A stretch of DNA of 44,661 nt, from positions 12,319-56,979 of the forward strand of contig PBPU01000032.1 of NCBI GenBank assembly GCA_002724825.1. The letters run 5' to 3'. Below, one piece after another: positions 18,799 to 28,067 of the stretch; positions within the stretch are counted from its first letter, which is position 1; each line of letters opens with the position of its first letter. The notes beneath the pieces are model-generated. The model made no database searches, had not been told where the DNA came from, and was given only the letters and a program-made list of their open reading frames with translations. The translations under genes were made by a program, and so were the position numbers. This stretch comes from Acidimicrobiaceae bacterium. Its GTDB lineage: Bacteria > Actinomycetota > Acidimicrobiia > Acidimicrobiales > UBA8592.

Positions 18799-19662
18799 GT
18801 GGGTGCTAGGAACTTCAGGGGTATACAGAATGGATTACTTGATTCCACCTCACCAGAAGTCTTGTTCATTGTTGCCGCTGTTTCACAATATTTGGGTGCC
18901 GCACTGGCGTTTAGCATTTTCGATAATTTAGGAGCGAGTACGGTTGCAACGTTGCGTGTGCTCGGTGCTGCTTTGGTTCTTATCTTGTTGAGACGATCTT
19001 GGAGGCGTTCGTTAAAAGACTTAGATATGGTTTGGACTGCATCATTTGGGATTGTTTTGGCAGGGATGAATCTGTGCTTTTATCTCGCAATAGATAATCT
19101 TCCTTTAGGAAATGCGGTAGCGATTGAGTTCTTGGGGCCTATAGCGGTAGCGGCCGCTGGGCATCGATCCTCAAGAAATGTGGTTGCGCTTATCGTGGCG
19201 AGCCTTGGGGTCCTTCTTTTGGCCCAAGTAACTTCTGAAGGGACCGTCACCGGTGTGCTCTTTGCTCTGGCCGCAGGGGCCTTATGGGCTCTTTATATTG
19301 TTTTAGGGAGCAAAGTTGCTAAAACTGGCGCGCATCTAGACGGTCTAGGAATTGGCATGCTCATCGGGGGTCTAGTGATATTTCCGAGTTCTCTTCATAC
19401 GATAGGCCGTGCACTTGATTCTCCTCTGTTGATGCTGGTTGCTCTATCAACTGGGGTTCTGGGGAATGTGATTCCGTATGGGATCGATCAGCTAGTCTTT
19501 CGCCGAATTTCAAAAACGAGATTCGCGTTCTTGCAATGCTTATTACCGGCAACAGCCGCTTGCGTTGGGATCCTGGTACTTCGGCAAAAGACTTCCCTAG
19601 GTGAACTTTTAGGGATTGGTTCAATTATCTTTGCTATTGCCCTCAGAGGAAAAGAAGATTAG
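18799..19662 (+). CDS. EamA/DMT family transporter (RhtA-like)
   Basis: SQYLGAALA, MNLCFYLAID.LPLG.AVAIEFLGP and ALAAG.LWA.YI; about 10 hydrophobic segments. Confidence 0.88.
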   Translation: MGARNFRGIQNGLLDSTSPEVLFIVAAVSQYLGAALAFSIFDNLGASTVATLRVLGAALVLILLRRSWRRSLKDLDMVWTASFGIVLAGMNLCFYLAIDNLPLGNAVAIEFLGPIAVAAAGHRSSRNVVALIVASLGVLLLAQVTSEGTVTGVLFALAAGALWALYIVLGSKVAKTGAHLDGLGIGMLIGGLVIFPSSLHTIGRALDSPLLMLVALSTGVLGNVIPYGIDQLVFRRISKTRFAFLQCLLPATAACVGILVLRQKTSLGELLGIGSIIFAIALRGKED

Positions 19663-19666
19663 TTGA

Positions 19667-20494
19667 CTAAGATCCCAGAATTCTTCTGGCTTGCTTAGCT
19701 AATGCCTCGTCAATCATTTTTCCATCATAAACAGCCGAAGCTGATCCTTGTGAGAGAGCTTGATCATAGACCGCTAATAATTCCTTGGCGCGATTAACTT
19801 CTGCCTGAGAGTACGAGAACGATTGATTTGCGAGGGGTACTTGTGAAGGGTGAATACAGAGCTTCCCTGAGAACCCTAACGCTCTTGCTTGATATGCTTC
19901 TTCTGTAAATCGTTCGTCGTCAGAGAAATCCGTTACGATTTGATCGATCACTGGAACTCCAGATAGCCTGCCCGCCATCCCCATTTGGGATCTGGCTAGG
20001 AATACTTCGTCATTGCCAGTTGTTCGAAAACCGCCTAAATCTAACACATAATCCTCGGCTCCAAAATATGCGGCAATGACAGACGTGTTTGAGAGGATTT
20101 CAGTAGCGGATGCCACTCCGAGAACGGTTTCAATTCCAACAATAATTTTTCTTTCGATAGAGTTTTGCGAGAGTATTTTCTCTGCTTCCTCTAGCTCTTC
20201 TAAGTTGTTGATCTTTGGAATAACGACACAGTCTACTTCTGGGGGAAGAGCTTGAATATCAAGTTTAAAATGTGATGAAGATATTGGATTGACCCTCGGG
20301 AAGGCTTCAAGTTTTTTCGTTTCTTCGGAATCGATGAACTCCTGGAAATTCTTACGTGCCTTGTTCTTTTCCTCATCAGGGACGGCATCTTCAAGGTCGA
20401 CGATGGCTGCATCAGGCTGGATTTTCGGAAGTTTTTTCAGAAGTTCAGATTTATTTCCTGGAGCAAACAGCACACTCCTGAATTTTTGCATCAT
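19667..20494 (-). CDS. CitE-like CoA-ester lyase (HpcH/HpaI aldolase-citrate lyase family)
   Basis: RSVLFAPG, DLEDAV, PRVN, IETVLG, FGAED, GF.GKLCIHP.Q and GKMID. Confidence 0.9.
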   Translation of the reverse strand: MMQKFRSVLFAPGNKSELLKKLPKIQPDAAIVDLEDAVPDEEKNKARKNFQEFIDSEETKKLEAFPRVNPISSSHFKLDIQALPPEVDCVVIPKINNLEELEEAEKILSQNSIERKIIVGIETVLGVASATEILSNTSVIAAYFGAEDYVLDLGGFRTTGNDEVFLARSQMGMAGRLSGVPVIDQIVTDFSDDERFTEEAYQARALGFSGKLCIHPSQVPLANQSFSYSQAEVNRAKELLAVYDQALSQGSASAVYDGKMIDEALAKQARRILGS

Positions 20495-22446
20495 TGAAGC
20501 TCCTTAATGTCCTTGAAATAGTCTAACGCTTCTGGATTAGCGAGTGCCTCAGCGTTTCGAACGGGCTTACCTTCTACGGTAGCTTTAGCGGCTAATTCTG
20601 AGATTTTTCCGCTTCGGGTTCTAGGGAGGTCAGAGACTGCATGAATGAATGACGGCACATGTCTTGGTGAAGCTTGATCTCGAAGCGAGTTTTGAATTTT
20701 TTTCTTAAGTTCGTCGTCGAGCTTAGTATCTGGGGATAGCACAACGAAAAGGACTACTCGGTCGTCACCTTTCCAACTTTGGTTTATTACTAAGCTTTCA
20801 GTGATTTCAGACAGCGAATCTACGACTGCATATATCTCAGCGGTTCCTATCCGGACACCACCAGGGTTTAGAGTCGCATCTGACCTCCCGTGGATGATAA
20901 TTCCGCCGGCAGGAGTCCATTCGGCAAAATCTCCTTGATGCCAACTTCCTGCATACCTGTCAAAATATGCAGACTGGTATCTTTCCCCATTCTCGTCATT
21001 TAGAAATCCAATGGGCATTGACGGAAATGGGTTTGAACATACGAGTTCGCCCTGTTCTCCCGAATCTAGTACTTGACCGGTATCGCTAAGGATCTCAATT
21101 TCTAAACCCAAAGCTGGTTTCTGAATTTCACGCCTATTTACTGGACCTGTTGGGTCACCCCCCACTAGGCATCCACAGAGATCAGTTCCGCCAGACATAG
21201 ATTGAAGATGAACATCTTTTTTAATTTTCTGGTATACATAGTCGAATCCTTCGCCAACAAGGGTTGAGCCTGTTGAACAAATTGTCCTGATACTTGAGAG
21301 ATCGTGAGTGTCTATTGGTGATATGCCAGCGTTAGCGCATGCGTCTATGTATTTTGCTGAAACACCAAACAACGTAATGGAAAGCTCATCGGCTAAATCA
21401 AATAGGGTTGTTGGGCTTGGATAAAATGGTGATCCGTCGAACAGGATGACCGTAGCCTGTGATGCTAAGGCGGAAGCTAGCCAATTCCACATCATCCATC
21501 CTGTAGTGGTGTAATAGAAGACTCTATCTCCTGCTTTGACATCGCTTTGTAGCCTGTGCTCCACTAGATGCTTTATTAGAACTCCTCCGGACCGGTGAAC
21601 AATGCATTTAGGCTTCCCCGTTGTTCCAGAGGAGTACAGAATGTACCAGGGGTGGTCAAAGCTATGAGATGGAAAGTCGATTTCTTTCGCATTGTAGGTT
21701 TTGAGGAAATCTGACCAAAGCGTTTGAGGATGAGGGTGTAGCGTTTTTTCTTTGGAGATCCCTTCATGGGTGTATGGGACGATAATGGTTTGCTCGAGGG
21801 TTGGTAATCTTGCTTCAACTTCATGGAGCTTATCCAAGCAGGAAAACCATTTACCCCCATAGAAGTAGCCATCGGTCGCGAAAAGTACTTTTGGTGCCGC
21901 TTGAGTAAACCGATCAAGCAGCCCTTTGGCTCCGAAGTCTGGGGATGCAGAAGTGAATACTGCGCCAATGCTTGCAGAGGCAATCATAACCGCAATTGTT
22001 TCTGGGCGATTAGGTAACCATGCTGCAATACGGTCTCCGCTTTCTACCCCTATGTCTAAAAAAGCTTGCTGCAATTTGGAGACTAGGTCATTTAGCTCAG
22101 ACCAAGTTAATTTAGATCCATTGCCAAGCTCATCTCTCCAAACTATGGCGTCAGTGTCATCGCTCCTCTTGAGAAAGTTCTGCGCGATGTTGATAGAGCT
22201 GGCTGGGAAGAACACAGAGTCATATAAGTTAGCTCCTGTGGTGAGTACTTGTTCACTCACCTCGCTAATGATTCCAAGATGATTATGCGCGTGGATCCAG
22301 AACTGATCTGGCCTGTCGACACTCCATTTGTGGATTGCGTCATAATCAGGAAGTTCGATATCGAAGAGGTGTTCGGCCTCCTTAGCAAAATCCATCAAGC
22401 AAGAGTTTCCGATTCTTTCTTTTGATGGCTCCCATAGTTGACTCAC
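20491..22446 (-). CDS. Acetoacetate--CoA ligase
   Basis: SPDFG, YSSGTTGKPKCIVH, YYTTTGWMMWNW, SGGTDL, GRSDATLNPGGVRIGTAEIY and P.T.SGK. The GTG at 22446 is preferred over TTG 22479 (TATGCT lies 6 nt upstream). Confidence 0.93.
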   Translation of the reverse strand: MSQLWEPSKERIGNSCLMDFAKEAEHLFDIELPDYDAIHKWSVDRPDQFWIHAHNHLGIISEVSEQVLTTGANLYDSVFFPASSINIAQNFLKRSDDTDAIVWRDELGNGSKLTWSELNDLVSKLQQAFLDIGVESGDRIAAWLPNRPETIAVMIASASIGAVFTSASPDFGAKGLLDRFTQAAPKVLFATDGYFYGGKWFSCLDKLHEVEARLPTLEQTIIVPYTHEGISKEKTLHPHPQTLWSDFLKTYNAKEIDFPSHSFDHPWYILYSSGTTGKPKCIVHRSGGVLIKHLVEHRLQSDVKAGDRVFYYTTTGWMMWNWLASALASQATVILFDGSPFYPSPTTLFDLADELSITLFGVSAKYIDACANAGISPIDTHDLSSIRTICSTGSTLVGEGFDYVYQKIKKDVHLQSMSGGTDLCGCLVGGDPTGPVNRREIQKPALGLEIEILSDTGQVLDSGEQGELVCSNPFPSMPIGFLNDENGERYQSAYFDRYAGSWHQGDFAEWTPAGGIIIHGRSDATLNPGGVRIGTAEIYAVVDSLSEITESLVINQSWKGDDRVVLFVVLSPDTKLDDELKKKIQNSLRDQASPRHVPSFIHAVSDLPRTRSGKISELAAKATVEGKPVRNAEALANPEALDYFKDIKELQ

Positions 22447-22499
22447 ATTATCAGCATAGCCCAGTAGACAAATCGTCAACCTAAGAGGTTAGGGCTGTT

Positions 22500-22574
<75 letters not shown>

Positions 22575-22629
22575 GAAGGAACACCAGTCTAGATTTTAAA
22601 TCATCGATAGTGAAACCTTAGAGTTTCCT

Positions 22630-23151
22630 TTAGAGCGCTATCTTATCGGCACTTGTAGCTGTGTAATCTACTCCTGCAGGTTTAAAGACTCGCTTCTGTT
22701 GTCGAGAAGCTTCAATCTCTCGTTGATATTGGACGAGCAGAAGAACGTACCCTAAGAAAATGGAATCTACGAATAGATTCACAGCAATGAACGCTCCACC
22801 TACAACTATGGCCATGAGTAAGGTAAACATCACAATTCCGATTAAGGACAAAAGAACTTTGCGCCGTCGCAGACGAGCTTGCTCACTAGATACTTCCATT
22901 GGATTCGACCCCTTCTTTATTCTGTCGAGTGGTGGCTCAACCAGGGAGTGCCCGGGTTGATGGTAGGCATGGTCCCATGATGTAAACGGTTGGTGGATTG
23001 GTACTACAACCGCTCGAGGAGTTTTTCGAATTCGCATTCGGCTAAATGGGCTCCCCAACATCATAGAAGATGTTCCTACACGCGTACGAAGCCAGTAAAT
23101 ACCTGCTCCGAACCAAAGAATTGCTAATGCAACTAACAGCACAAACTCCAC
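22630..23151 (-). CDS. Three-TM membrane protein, candidate SepX/GlpR-like divisome protein
   Basis: N-terminal TM, polar loop, ARLRRRKVL followed by a TM hairpin, short tail. It lies between the moeA/moaC genes and tRNA-Ala(CGC). Confidence 0.55.
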   Translation of the reverse strand: MEFVLLVALAILWFGAGIYWLRTRVGTSSMMLGSPFSRMRIRKTPRAVVVPIHQPFTSWDHAYHQPGHSLVEPPLDRIKKGSNPMEVSSEQARLRRRKVLLSLIGIVMFTLLMAIVVGGAFIAVNLFVDSIFLGYVLLLVQYQREIEASRQQKRVFKPAGVDYTATSADKIAL

Positions 23152-23312
23152 CAGTCTCTAGGCTGCTCTTATAAAATTTTTGCACTAATTGTCTTATAGT
23201 TGGTGGATAGAAGGCCAATTTGTTCCCTGAATACGGGATTGTTGCGATTTATTCGTATCTGACGTTGAAGCGCCAGGCTATACCTTGTGTTTTTCGAGTG
23301 TTGAACAGGTAT

Positions 23313-23789
23313 TTATCTAATAAAGTCACCTGATAATCCTCCAGTTTTTTGGAGGAGAGCTAGATCTGTTATTTCCATTCTTTTGTCCATACTTTTACAC
23401 ATATCATAGATTGTGAGGGCAGAAACTGAGCACGCGGTGAGCGCTTCCATTTCAACTCCAGTCCGCCCAACAGTTGTAACTTCTGCCTCAATTTCCACTT
23501 TGTCATCAATAATCTCAAATTCAACTTTCACTGAGCTCAACATCAAAGGATGGCAAAGAGGAATAATATCTCCAGTTCGTTTTGCTGCTTGAATCCCTGC
23601 GACACGAGCGACAGCGAAAACATCGCCTTTGGGTAGATCACCTTGCTGAAGCGCCACGATAGTCTCTTTTGCCATTGAAATAGTCGCTCTTGCTTTAGCG
23701 GTTCTTTTGCTATCTTGCTTTTCGCTAATGTCTACCATATGGGCCTGACCATCTGGATCTAAATGCGAAAAATTTTCGTTTCCCACCAC
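23313..23789 (-). CDS. moaC: Cyclic pyranopterin monophosphate synthase MoaC
   Basis: HMVDIS.K, KGDV..VARVAGI.AAK.T..IIPLCHP, TGVEMEAL, YDMCK and KTGG.SG. Confidence 0.97.
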   Translation of the reverse strand: MVGNENFSHLDPDGQAHMVDISEKQDSKRTAKARATISMAKETIVALQQGDLPKGDVFAVARVAGIQAAKRTGDIIPLCHPLMLSSVKVEFEIIDDKVEIEAEVTTVGRTGVEMEALTACSVSALTIYDMCKSMDKRMEITDLALLQKTGGLSGDFIR

Positions 23790-23791
23790 TG

Positions 23792-24775
23792 CTAACCGCC
23801 GATCTGGGACATTGATTTACTTGGTCGAATAAATACAGATTTCCCAATCTGGTGCCCTGCCCATTTCTGTTTAACTGCATGCGAGAATAACTCAATGATC
23901 TTTTCATCTCCTGCATTTTCTCGAAGTAGTTTGCGCACATCATATTCCTGTATAGCGAATAGACAGTTCCTGAATTTCCCATCTGCAGTAAGACGAATTC
24001 GGTCACATGCATCACAAAAAGCTTCTGAGACAGTAGCAATAATTCCTATTTCACCGGGGCCATCTACAAATTTCCATCTAGCGGCTGGAGAACTTCCCCT
24101 TGAGAGCGGCTCGAGGTCATACTTAGAACTTATGAGCTCAAGAATTTCATTCTGCGGCATGACCTTAGATTCTGTCCATGTTTCGTCAGCATCTAGTGGC
24201 ATAAACTCAATAAAACGAACTACAAGACCGTTCTCTCGGCCATATGAAACAAAGTCCAAAACTTCATCGTCATTAACGCCCTTCATCACCACCATATTTA
24301 TTTTGACTGGATCAAATCCAACAGATTTGGCTGTTTCAATACCGTGAAGAACCTGTTTGAGGTTGTCTCGACGAGTCAGCGATTCGAATCGTTTACGGTC
24401 AAGAGTGTCTAGAGAAATGTTGATTCGGTCTAGTCCAGCGTCATACAACTCACCTGCAATTAATGGAAGAGTGGCCCCATTTGTCGTTAAAGATAGATCA
24501 ACGTTAAGCTTCGCGAGTTTTTCAATTAACTTACTGAGGTTCGCTCTAACAGTTGGCTCTCCACCAGTAAGACGAATACTCTCAATCCCGAATTTATTCA
24601 CAAGCAAGCTGGCGAGGCGTTCAATTTCCTCAAATGTTAATAATTCTTCTCTAGGAGTCCATTCCATTCCTTCTTCGGGCATACAGTATTGGCATCGAAA
24701 GTTGCATCGGTCGGTCACTGATATACGCAAGTCACGATGAACGCGCCCGTAGGTATCAATAAGTTGATCTTTCAT
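23792..24775 (-). CDS. moaA: GTP 3',8-cyclase (radical SAM) MoaA
   Basis: LRISVTDRCNFRCQYC, RLTGGEP, C-terminal FCDACDRIRLTADG..RNCLF and terminal IGG. Confidence 0.97.
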   Translation of the reverse strand: MKDQLIDTYGRVHRDLRISVTDRCNFRCQYCMPEEGMEWTPREELLTFEEIERLASLLVNKFGIESIRLTGGEPTVRANLSKLIEKLAKLNVDLSLTTNGATLPLIAGELYDAGLDRINISLDTLDRKRFESLTRRDNLKQVLHGIETAKSVGFDPVKINMVVMKGVNDDEVLDFVSYGRENGLVVRFIEFMPLDADETWTESKVMPQNEILELISSKYDLEPLSRGSSPAARWKFVDGPGEIGIIATVSEAFCDACDRIRLTADGKFRNCLFAIQEYDVRKLLRENAGDEKIIELFSHAVKQKWAGHQIGKSVFIRPSKSMSQIGG

Positions 24776-24802
24776 CACTATCAATCTAGCGCTTGATCTG
24801 CT

Positions 24803-26011
24803 TTAGAAGCGAAAGTATTCAATAGGGTTTCCTTTAGGCACGCCGTCTCCATCAGGGATGATCGATAAAGTATTGGCTTCAGCCATCCCACTGAGCTGAT
24901 GAGAACCTTGCTTCCCAATTGGACTGAGCAAGGTTACGCCTTTCTCTTCATTGAAAAATGAACGAACAAAATGTGTTTTTCCGTCTACCCGACGGCGGAA
25001 ATCATCTGCTGCGATTCCATGCAATACTTCCGGAAGAATAGATTTTCTACCCATCATCTTGTGGAGCGCCGGTTTTGCCAAAAGTAGATACGAGACCATA
25101 GATGAAACTGGATTTCCGGGTAAACCAAATATAGGTACCCCCTGAACCACTCCAAATGCGAATGGCTTCGCGGGCTTTATTGCGATCTGCATCCATCGCA
25201 TATCCCCCATATTATTAAGCACTACTTTGACATAGTCATAATCGCCCATGCTGACTCCACCAGTTGTGATCAGCGCATCACATTTTGCGACGCCTTCTCG
25301 AACAGTCCTCTCGATCGCTTCTTCATTATCCGGAATTAATCCAAGGTCAATGGTTTCAAATCCATCACTCTCCAATAGCGCGACCAACGAAAATCGATTT
25401 GAATCGCGAATCTGACCTGGAAGCAAAGGTTCATTGCCCTCAACTAATTCATCCCCAGTAGAAAAAACGCCTACCGTTGGGCGTCCAATTGTATTAACTT
25501 GATAAATTCCAAGGCCAGCTAGAAGTCCTATATGTGCCGGAGTTAAGGCTGTTCCTTTATCAATAACCTGATCGCCGGGGCAAAGGTCTTCTCCGGATCT
25601 ACGAATATGGTCACCTCTTTTAGCGCTTCGGCTCAGATGCACGAGATCTTTTGACTTATCTTGCCTTGTCCATTCGACCATAACAACTGCATCCGCACCC
25701 TCCGGTAGAGGAGCGCCAGTCATTATTTTTACGCTTTGCCCGCTCTTAATTTCGAAATCTGGTTGTGTCCCAGCAGGTATGGTCCCAATTACTTCTAGCG
25801 TTACCTCATTACTTTCTGTAGCCCCATCAGTATCTGCTGCTTTTAGTGCATAACCGTCAACAGCAGTATTATCGAAGGGCGGTACTAGCTCTCCAGAAGT
25901 AACTGCTTCTGCTGTCACTCGCTCACGAGCAGAAGTTATGCCAACTACTTCTTCCGGAAGCTGGGAAACTCTTTCCAAAACGTAATCTTGTGCTTCGTCT
26001 AATGGGATCAT
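24803..26011 (-). CDS. moeA: Molybdopterin molybdotransferase MoeA (possibly Glp-type)
   Basis: PPFDNTAVDGYA, IMTGAP.P.GADAV..VE, STGDEL, DSN, TTGGVSMGD.D, KPAKP, LPGNPVS and QGSH. Confidence 0.95.
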   Translation of the reverse strand: MIPLDEAQDYVLERVSQLPEEVVGITSARERVTAEAVTSGELVPPFDNTAVDGYALKAADTDGATESNEVTLEVIGTIPAGTQPDFEIKSGQSVKIMTGAPLPEGADAVVMVEWTRQDKSKDLVHLSRSAKRGDHIRRSGEDLCPGDQVIDKGTALTPAHIGLLAGLGIYQVNTIGRPTVGVFSTGDELVEGNEPLLPGQIRDSNRFSLVALLESDGFETIDLGLIPDNEEAIERTVREGVAKCDALITTGGVSMGDYDYVKVVLNNMGDMRWMQIAIKPAKPFAFGVVQGVPIFGLPGNPVSSMVSYLLLAKPALHKMMGRKSILPEVLHGIAADDFRRRVDGKTHFVRSFFNEEKGVTLLSPIGKQGSHQLSGMAEANTLSIIPDGDGVPKGNPIEYFRF

Positions 26012-26082
26012 TGTCTTATGCTAACAAAGCTCAATCGAGGACAGGCGCTAGAAGATGATGATCTGGGCGTATTATGGAGATA

Positions 26083-26664
26083 ATGATTTTGTGGTGGCTT
26101 CTAATACCAGTCAGTTATGCTCTTGGGACTTTCCCCACAGCGCATATCGTCGCAGGACTTGTTGGACACGATCCGACTACAGAAGGGTCCGGAAACCCTG
26201 GAGCGACTAATGTTTACCGTGTTGCTGGGGCAAAAGCGGGTGCGATCGTACTGATTGGCGACTTGTTAAAAGGGCTTACACCAAGCTTGGTGTGTCTTCT
26301 TATAGACGGTAGGAATTTAGCACTTGCAGCTGGCATGGCTGCAATGGTCGGACATGTGGCTCCAATAACGCGAAAGTTTAATGGAGGAAAGGGAGTAGCA
26401 ACACTTGCTGGCCTCTCCTGGGTTTTGTATCCATTTGTTGCGCTTGGGCTATTCATACTCTGGATTCCGTTGATGAAATTATTCAAACGTGCCTCGCTAG
26501 GGTCAATAATAATGGTTCTCTTATTCCCAGTTGGTGTGCTAGTAATGCCAGAAACTAGATGGTATGAGGTCATCGTCGCAGCCGCCGCTTCAGCGGTAGT
26601 TACAATTCGCCACCATGAAAATATCAAACGCCTCTTCAAAGGAGAGGAAAAGGCTATTGAATAA
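26083..26664 (+). CDS. plsY: Glycerol-3-phosphate acyltransferase PlsY
   Basis: Y.LG..P, GSGNPGATN..R, D..KG, GH..P....F.GGKGVAT and RH.ENIKRL..G.E. The start is 26083 or 26074. Confidence 0.93.
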   Translation: MILWWLLIPVSYALGTFPTAHIVAGLVGHDPTTEGSGNPGATNVYRVAGAKAGAIVLIGDLLKGLTPSLVCLLIDGRNLALAAGMAAMVGHVAPITRKFNGGKGVATLAGLSWVLYPFVALGLFILWIPLMKLFKRASLGSIIMVLLFPVGVLVMPETRWYEVIVAAAASAVVTIRHHENIKRLFKGEEKAIE

Positions 26665-26728
26665 AAAACACCATAGAAGAGTTCTTCATTTTCGCAGGTG
26701 CTGCTACCCTACCGTTCGCTGGCGAATG

Positions 26729-26737
26729 GAGTGCTAA
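26729..26737 (+). promoter_or_regulatory. CIRCE right half-site (GAGTGCTAA) overlapping the RBS
   Basis: Exact GAGTGCTAA immediately before ATG 26738; the left arm does not match. Confidence 0.35.
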
Positions 26738-27055
26738 ATGCCAACATACGACTACAGATGCGAAGCTTGCGGAAAGACTTTTGAAGTTTTTCAGTCATTC
26801 AGTGACGAACCTTTGACAGATTGCCCTGATAAAGCATGCACAGGAACGGTTAAGAAAATATTCTCAGCTCCGGGAATAAGTTTCAAAGGCTCTGGGTTCT
26901 ACAAAAACGATAGTCGAAGCTCATCTACTAAAAAACAGACCTCTAAACCTTCGAACAACTCTTCTGATGATTCAAAGTCTTCTAAATCTGATTCAGTCAA
27001 GAAGGACCCACCCTCCTCTTCTAGTCCCTCACCTTCCAAAAGTGAGGCCAGTTAG
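26738..27055 (+). CDS. FmdB-family zinc-ribbon protein with disordered Ser/Lys-rich tail (Rv0991c/Ruc-like)
   Basis: MPTYDYRC..CG..FE..QSFSD.PL..CP...C.G, F.GSGFY.ND.R, then an S/K/D/P low-complexity tail. Confidence 0.9.
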   Translation: MPTYDYRCEACGKTFEVFQSFSDEPLTDCPDKACTGTVKKIFSAPGISFKGSGFYKNDSRSSSTKKQTSKPSNNSSDDSKSSKSDSVKKDPPSSSSPSPSKSEAS

Positions 27056-27999
27056 AGAACTCCAGTAGACAGTAACGAGATGGCTAGGATACCTATTGCA
27101 ACACGGTAGAAGCCAAAGACTGAGAAGCTTTTATTTTCAAGCCAACTGACCATCCATTTCACCGAAGCCATCGCAGAGAGAAATGCAGCAATTAAACCGA
27201 CCAGGGGAGTCCAGTATCCAAATACCTCTATGATCCGCCCTCCATCTTGAGAAAGCTCATAGAAAGTCGCTGCAGCTAGGGTAACTAGGCCTAAAAGGAA
27301 ACTAAATTCAACAGCAGCTGCTAAAGATAATCCAAGTGCAACTAATGCAAAAATGGTAACTAAGCTTCGACTTACACCTGGCCACAGGGCCAGCGCTTGG
27401 ACAAGCCCTACCACAATCGCTCCTTGAAGACTTAGATTCTCCATACTCGATCCATCTCGTTTCAGGAGTTTCTTCTCATGGGCGAAAAGAATGAAGACAC
27501 CTCCAACGATCCATGCATAAGCTACAAGTTCTGATTCATACAGCCGATCTTTTACGTAATCGGCTAGCAGGAGTCCGATAATAGCTGTCGGGACAAATGC
27601 AGCAACCAAATTTCTCAAGACAACCTTTCCGATCTCGCTTTGGCCACGCAAACCTTCGTACATTTGGCGAATTCTGTTTTTGTAGAGAACAATAATTGCT
27701 AAGATTGCCCCGATTTGAATAGAGATGATGTAACTATCTATAGCCTGTTCAGAAATCTCACTGCTATCAAGGTGCATCAATTCTTTCGCAGCTAGAAGGT
27801 GGCCAGTTGAACTAATCGGGAGGAATTCTGTAAGCCCTTCTACTACTCCTAGAACTATTGCCTTCCATAGAACCAGGCCTTCAGCGATAGTTGCCGAATT
27901 ACTAGCTGAAGCTTGACCAGCAAAGAGTTCAAAAAATAGCACTAAAACAATGGCAGCAGAACCAAACAGTAATGTGACTTCTTGACGTTTTTTAATCAT
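27052..27999 (-). CDS. uppP: Undecaprenyl-diphosphate phosphatase
   Basis: GVVEGLTEFLPISSTGHL, IQIGAILA, PGVSRS, EFSFLL and FGFYR. Confidence 0.93.
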   Translation of the reverse strand: MIKKRQEVTLLFGSAAIVLVLFFELFAGQASASNSATIAEGLVLWKAIVLGVVEGLTEFLPISSTGHLLAAKELMHLDSSEISEQAIDSYIISIQIGAILAIIVLYKNRIRQMYEGLRGQSEIGKVVLRNLVAAFVPTAIIGLLLADYVKDRLYESELVAYAWIVGGVFILFAHEKKLLKRDGSSMENLSLQGAIVVGLVQALALWPGVSRSLVTIFALVALGLSLAAAVEFSFLLGLVTLAAATFYELSQDGGRIIEVFGYWTPLVGLIAAFLSAMASVKWMVSWLENKSFSVFGFYRVAIGILAISLLSTGVL

Positions 28000-28067
28000 G
28001 CTTTAATAAACCGTAGACCCGATAAGAGACAAACCGCCTAAACATCAGAAAGAAGCAACGTTTGTTG

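Noticed and set aside
23152-23312. Possible WhiA (GACAC) sites upstream of the SepX/GlpR-like gene
   Set aside because: Only AACAC variants were found on the coding strand, too weak to call.
23792-24775. Radical SAM enzyme as a novel maturase
   Set aside because: It has all the MoaA hallmarks and lies between moeA and moaC.
26900-27055. Low-complexity TCT/TCA/AAA-rich stretch as a DNA repeat
   Set aside because: It is explained by the Ser/Lys-rich tail of the FmdB-family protein; there is no regular repeat unit.
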